This document shows positions 59,389-64,000 of a stretch of 64,000 bases of DNA, piece after piece (position 1 is the stretch's first letter; each line of letters opens with the position of its first letter). The position numbers were made by a program, and so were the translations under genes. The notes below the pieces were generated by a model that saw only the letters and a list, made by a program, of their open reading frames with translations, was not told the origin of the DNA and made no database searches. Source of the stretch: an uncultured Flavobacterium sp. (GTDB lineage Bacteria > Bacteroidota > Bacteroidia > Flavobacteriales > Flavobacteriaceae); contig CAZTLN010000002.1 of assembly GCA_964614445.1 (NCBI GenBank), forward strand, positions 115,165 through 179,164, written 5' to 3'.

Positions 59389-59982
59389 TTATCTAATCCA
59401 AATTTCATTTCCGATAATCATCGGCAAAACAACACCGATGATAAATGCAGAGATCACCAAGGCCCAATCTCTTTTAGAAAACCTAAAAAAGCTTTGTACA
59501 ATATAGGCCAACACCAATACAACTAAGACCACAACAATCTGCGCGGCCTCAACCCCTATTCCAAACTCAACTATGGGCAATAACTTTGTCATAGGATTAC
59601 CTGGAATGATGGCGTTAAAATATTTCGAAAATCCCAGCCCGTGAATTATACCGAAAAACAAGGTAACGAAAAGTATCAGACTTATACTTTCCTTTTTGTT
59701 TGTCTTTCCTGCCGTAATAAGATTAATCAGCGAAATAATCAAAATAGTAACAGGTATCAACAATTCAACAACGGCAACTTTAACCGAAATAATACCAAAA
59801 ACCGCAAGTAACAATGCCATGGTGTGCCCCAGTGCAAAAAGTGAAACCAGCAAAATTAATCGTTTCCAATCTTTAAAAGCGAACGGAACTGATAGAGCGA
59901 TTAAAAACAAAATATGATCATATGATGAAGCATTCAAAATATGTTTCAATCCCAGCTGAAAATAAATCCAAAATTGTGACAT
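59389..59982 (-). CDS. HupE/UreJ-family membrane protein
   Basis: GLKHI...YDHILF, GHTMAL, FFGIIHGLGF. Confidence 0.85.
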   Translation of the reverse strand: MSQFWIYFQLGLKHILNASSYDHILFLIALSVPFAFKDWKRLILLVSLFALGHTMALLLAVFGIISVKVAVVELLIPVTILIISLINLITAGKTNKKESISLILFVTLFFGIIHGLGFSKYFNAIIPGNPMTKLLPIVEFGIGVEAAQIVVVLVVLVLAYIVQSFFRFSKRDWALVISAFIIGVVLPMIIGNEIWIR

Positions 59983-60162
59983 CAGGCCTAAAGTTTAAAT
60001 GGATATTGGGGCTGTAAACTTACGATTAATTTTAAAATACTCTCAAATCCAAGAATAAATCCTTACAGAAAAATACCAAACACCCCCAAAGAAAAACAAA
60101 AAAGAAAATTAATAATTTAAAAATTGAATTATATTTGTGTGTATATCATTAAAACAAAAATT

Positions 60163-60594
60163 ATGTCATTTTCAGATTTATTTGATAGCGAATTCAAAAA
60201 AAGAAATGCTGGTCATTTTGCATCCATCGTTCGCCTGGCTTTAGCTGACGGATACGTTGCGCCAGAAGAAAGAGCATTTTTGGACAAACTTGCTATCAAC
60301 CTTGAAATTTCCCCGGAAGAATACGCAGAAATTTTAGAAGCCCCATTAAAATACCCTATCAACCCTCCTTATTTATATGAACAACGTTTGGAGCGTTTGT
60401 ACGACCTTGTAAGAATGGTTCATGCAGATAATAAATTAGGCGAAAATCAGGAAAAGTTATTAATCAAGCTGGGATTAGGCTTAGGTTTCACACCGGGCAA
60501 TGTTCAATACATCGTAGCTAAGGCTCTTTCCCTTGCAGATAAGAAAGTTGATTTGGATACTTTCGTTTACGAAATGAAAAATATGCATAAATAA
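60163..60594 (+). CDS. TerB-family (co-chaperone DjlA N-like) protein
   Basis: LALADG.V...E..FL, MVHAD. Start revised to ATG 60163; TATATTTG promoter at 60130-60137. Confidence 0.82.
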   Translation: MSFSDLFDSEFKKRNAGHFASIVRLALADGYVAPEERAFLDKLAINLEISPEEYAEILEAPLKYPINPPYLYEQRLERLYDLVRMVHADNKLGENQEKLLIKLGLGLGFTPGNVQYIVAKALSLADKKVDLDTFVYEMKNMHK

Positions 60595-60595
60595 C

Positions 60596-60625
60596 AAAAA
60601 AGCTTCCAAATGGAAGCTTTTTTTT
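60596..60625 (+). terminator. TerB-gene terminator
   Basis: AAAAAAGCTTCCA-AA-TGGAAGCTTTTTTT. Confidence 0.85.
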
Positions 60626-61199
60626 CTTATGAAGACTTTTGACCTAAAAACCTACTCATTTAAACCGATTAATAATTTCCACTAAAAATAAGACATTTTA
60701 ATTTTTTGGTTTTATTCCTATTTTTTTCGATTATCAAAATAGTTTTTATTTTAAGCAACCTATAATTGAGTTATAAATTAAACAAACTATTTTCCTTTTT
60801 TTTCAAAGGATAAACGCTGATTGTTTAGTAAGTTATTTCAAAAACTCAAGCAACTATTCTAAATTTTTCCCTTATTTAAATTGCAATTATTATTAAGATA
60901 TTCATGATTCTTCCCCGCCATTTTCAATCCATTTATTAGAATATTTTTTGTTTATTTAAAGCTAATTAAATCTAAAATTTACCATAAATATATTAACGCA
61001 AATATCAAAAGGCCCAACCTGTTTTTTTCTCTTCTAGACTACAAAATCGTTATAGTTTTTATTTGAACTAACAAATATCGTTTATTTTGTGAAAATGAAT
61101 TGAATAAAATACACATCATTTCACACTATTGTATATTTGCTAGCCGAAAGATTCAAAAAAGATCAAATCCTTAATTTTAAACCTTTACAGTCAGAATTC

Positions 61200-61703
61200 A
61201 TGAATATCAGAGCAGGCAGAGAGGAAGATATGGAAGCTGTATTAGCACTGATTCAGGAATTAGCTGATTTCGAAAGGGAACCCGATGCCGTTGAAATTAC
61301 TGTTGCTGATCTCATTCGTGATGGATTTGGAGAATATCCTCTGTTTAAAGTTTTTGTTGCCGAAGTTAATCAGGAATTAAGTGATTCCAATCCAACCAAG
61401 GTAATTGCCGGAATCGCGTTATATTACTATCGTTATTCCACCTGGAAGGGCAAAACCATCCATTTGGAAGACCTTGTGGTTAAACAATCAATGAGAGGAA
61501 AAGGAATTGGCTATGCGCTCTACTCTGAAATTATAAAGCAGGCCAAAAAAGACAATGTAAAAAGAATTGATTGGAGCGTATTAGATTGGAATACGGTAGC
61601 AATAGATTTTTACGAAAAAACAGGAGCAAAAGTTTTCAAGGAATGGTGTGTCGCTCAAATGGACAAGGCCGGAATTGATAACTTTATTGAAAACAATTTA
61701 TAA
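61200..61703 (+). CDS. GNAT acetyltransferase (SSAT/diamine acetyltransferase-like)
   Basis: YSTWKG, LEDLVV...RGKGIG, WSVLDWN..AIDFY. Start revised to ATG 61200 because the track's TTG lies within the TATATTTG promoter. Confidence 0.88.
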   Translation: MNIRAGREEDMEAVLALIQELADFEREPDAVEITVADLIRDGFGEYPLFKVFVAEVNQELSDSNPTKVIAGIALYYYRYSTWKGKTIHLEDLVVKQSMRGKGIGYALYSEIIKQAKKDNVKRIDWSVLDWNTVAIDFYEKTGAKVFKEWCVAQMDKAGIDNFIENNL

Positions 61704-61723
61704 ACTAAACGACAAAAAATAAG

Positions 61724-62983
61724 ATGAAAATTTACAAATTTGGTGGTGCATCAGTAAAAGATGCAGCAGGAATCAGAAACGTATATGATGTTTTGCAAAA
61801 AGCAGGATACGAAGATGTATTATTGGTAGTTTCGGCAATGGGAAAAACCACTAATGCACTTGAAGACGTAATTAAAAATTACTTCGACAAATCTGCTGAA
61901 CTAAATGCATCGGTGCAGGAAATAAAAAAGTATCACAATCAGATTTTATTAGAATTATTTGAAGACGACAAAAATGAAGTTTTCGAAGCAGTAAACAATC
62001 TTTTTATAGAGCTTGAATACTTCCTTTCACATAACAAATCACCTAATTACAACTTTGTTTATGATCAGATTGTAAGTTTTGGCGAATTAATTTCTACAAC
62101 AATCCTTAGTCATTTTATGAGCCATATGGGTATAAACACAGAATGGATCGACGTTAGAAATTTAGTTAAAACAGACGCAAATTACAGAGACGCAGAAGTA
62201 GACTGGAGCCTGACACAAAAAAACATTGCAAGTACAATAAAAAGAAACAAAACTTTAAACATTACCCAGGGTTTTGTTGGATCAGACGAAAATGGTTTCA
62301 CCACTACTTTAGGACGTGAAGGTTCAGATTATACCGCGGCAATCTTTGCTTACTGCCTAAATGCTGAAAGTGTAACGATATGGAAAGATGTTCCCGGTGT
62401 AATGAACGCCGACCCTAGATATTTCGAAAATGCCAGTCTATTGAACCAAATATCCTATCGTGAGGCTATTGAATTAGCATTTTACGGGGCAAGCGTAATT
62501 CACCCTAAAACCTTGCAGCCTTTGCAGAAAAAGGAAATCCCACTTTATGTAAAATCCTTTATCAATCCTTTGCTAAAAGGAACTTCAGTAAGTAAAGGTG
62601 CTACTTTGGAACCATTCCTTCCTTGTTTCATCGTTAAGAAAAATCAATTGCTAATTTCGCTTTCGTCCATTGACTTCTCCTTTATTATGGAAGAGAATAT
62701 CAGTGAAATCTTTGGATTGTTTCACCAATTCAAGATTAAAGTAAATTTAATCCAGAACTCTGCAATTAGTTTCTCAGTTTGCGTGGAAGACAAGTTTGAG
62801 AATTTCAAAGATTTATTAGCCATCTTATCCAAAAAATTCAAGGTTGATTACAGTGAGAACGTTACCCTGTATACCATCAGACACTTTAATGATGATGCAG
62901 CTCATACAGTTGAGCAAGGTAAAAATGTAATTCTAAAACAGGTTAGTACCGAAACAATGCAAATTGTTACCAAGGAAAACTAA
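61724..62983 (+). CDS. lysC: Monofunctional aspartate kinase
   Basis: KFGGASV, VVSAMGKTT, TLGREGSDYTAA, WKDVPG, GASVIHPKT, ACT domain. Confidence 0.95.
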   Translation: MKIYKFGGASVKDAAGIRNVYDVLQKAGYEDVLLVVSAMGKTTNALEDVIKNYFDKSAELNASVQEIKKYHNQILLELFEDDKNEVFEAVNNLFIELEYFLSHNKSPNYNFVYDQIVSFGELISTTILSHFMSHMGINTEWIDVRNLVKTDANYRDAEVDWSLTQKNIASTIKRNKTLNITQGFVGSDENGFTTTLGREGSDYTAAIFAYCLNAESVTIWKDVPGVMNADPRYFENASLLNQISYREAIELAFYGASVIHPKTLQPLQKKEIPLYVKSFINPLLKGTSVSKGATLEPFLPCFIVKKNQLLISLSSIDFSFIMEENISEIFGLFHQFKIKVNLIQNSAISFSVCVEDKFENFKDLLAILSKKFKVDYSENVTLYTIRHFNDDAAHTVEQGKNVILKQVSTETMQIVTKEN

Positions 62984-63006
62984 ACCACTATTACAATACC
63001 AGTTAC

Positions 63007-63048
63007 AAAAGCACTGTTTCCCACATACCGGAGCAGTGCTTTTTTTTT
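63007..63048 (+). terminator. lysC terminator
   Basis: AAAAGCACTGTTTCC...GGAGCAGTGCTTTTTTT. Confidence 0.8.
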
Positions 63049-63146
63049 AGGCATTAATTTAAAAATGATTTTTTAATGTTTTCCTAATCAAACATTTACA
63101 TTATACCGCATAAGTTCTCCTTATCTTTGGCTTAAACAAAATCAAA

Positions 63147-64000
63147 ATGTTAGATTTGAATACCCCAAATAAAACTATATTGGTAGCGCCTTTAAACTGG
63201 GGCCTAGGACATGCAACTAGATGTATACCCATTATTAAAGCCCTTCTTGAAAACAACTATACTCCCATAATAGCATCCGATGGGGTTGCATTGGAATTAT
63301 TACAAAAGGAGTTTCCGTACCTCAAATTCCTTGAATTACCTTCATATCAAATCGAATATCCTAAAAAAGGGCAATACTTTAAATGGAAACTACTCAAAAA
63401 TTGTCCAAAAATTATTGAAGCCATATACGAGGAAAAAAAGATGGTCAACAAATGGATAAAAAAACATAAAATTGAAGCCATCATTTCCGACAATAGGCTC
63501 GGTGTAATCAGTAAAAAAGTACCATCGGTATTTATTACTCATCAGTTGAATGTTTTAACAGGAAGCACTACCTGGATTACCAGCATGCTACATCAAAACA
63601 TTATCCAAAAATACGATGAATGCTGGGTCCCTGATACCGAAGGAAAAACTAATTTAAGCGGTAAACTGGGACATTTGGAGAATCCAAATTTTAACATCCG
63701 CTATATCGGCACTCTAAGCCGCCTCAACAAAAAACATACTGAAAAACGCTTCGACCTCATGGTTCTTCTTTCGGGTCCTGAACCGCAAAGAAGCCTGCTG
63801 GAGAACAAACTAAAAGAAGAAATTCAAAGGTTTGAGGGCAGAGTACTTTTCATCAGAGGCGTAATTGAAAATGAACAAAAAACAGAAGAGCAGGCTAATG
63901 TGATCTCTTATAATTTTATGAATAGCCGTCAACTCGGAAAAGCGCTGAACGAAAGTGAAATGATTATTTGCCGCTCAGGATACACCACTCTTATGGATTT
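63147..64000 (+). CDS. GT-B glycosyltransferase (GT28 C-terminal/MurG-like), truncated by the window end
   Basis: Manual translation MLDLNTPNKTILVAPLNWGLGHATRCIPII...SDNRLG...LLSGPEPQR...ICRSGYTT, open to the window end. TATCTTTG promoter at 63122-63129. Not in the ORF track. Confidence 0.85.
   Translation, partial: MLDLNTPNKTILVAPLNWGLGHATRCIPIIKALLENNYTPIIASDGVALELLQKEFPYLKFLELPSYQIEYPKKGQYFKWKLLKNCPKIIEAIYEEKKMVNKWIKKHKIEAIISDNRLGVISKKVPSVFITHQLNVLTGSTTWITSMLHQNIIQKYDECWVPDTEGKTNLSGKLGHLENPNFNIRYIGTLSRLNKKHTEKRFDLMVLLSGPEPQRSLLENKLKEEIQRFEGRVLFIRGVIENEQKTEEQANVISYNFMNSRQLGKALNESEMIICRSGYTTLMD

Noticed and set aside
1165-59917. Numerous short antisense or nested ORFs in the track (e.g. 4013..4363, 10902..11324, 15648..16013, 42289..42699, 46494..47039)
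   Set aside because: All lie within well-supported conserved genes and show no recognisable motifs, as expected for antisense open frames.
61704-61723. Lysine riboswitch for lysC
   Set aside because: Only 20 nt separate GNAT and lysC, and there is no L-box motif upstream.
1-64000. CRISPR arrays, IS/transposases, prophage genes, rRNA
   Set aside because: I found no regularly spaced repeats, terminal inverted repeats with transposases, phage hallmark proteins or rRNA-like sequence.

Overview
A 64-kb stretch of AT-rich core chromosome from a Flavobacteriaceae bacterium, most likely Flavobacterium. The evidence for this is gldD/gldE, a Bacteroidota-type bS22, repeated TAnnTTTG(-7)/TTG(-33) promoters and no Shine-Dalgarno motifs. 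It carries translation and transcription genes (partial infB, nusA, rimP, tRNA-Gln, rplM-rpsI-rpsB-tsf, rplU-rpmA, greA, arfB, bS22). It also carries DNA and nucleotide genes (polA, ssb, mutY, tag, HU, Rne/Rng, nrdB-nrdA, dGTPase, dCMP deaminase, tadA), metabolic genes (ahcY, dxs, lysC), peptidases, and a TPP riboswitch-controlled TonB-dependent receptor. I saw no IS element, integrase, prophage, CRISPR array or recognisable defence island. The best candidate for an undescribed system is the central minus-strand cluster PPTase - GGGP synthase - PnuC - DUF4301 - ArfB - TPP riboswitch/TBDT. In it, DUF4301 shows a co-linear set of motifs resembling eukaryote-type UDP-glucose pyrophosphorylases. 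Next are a DUF2723/GT117 (TMEM260-like) candidate protein O-mannosyltransferase and several unexplained structured intergenic elements (nrdB-nrdA spacer, rne leader, rpsB leader, greA and rimP leaders). The ORF track misses infB, bS22, the terminal glycosyltransferase and the part of a YcxB-like gene after its premature stop. All family assignments come from motif recognition, not database searches.
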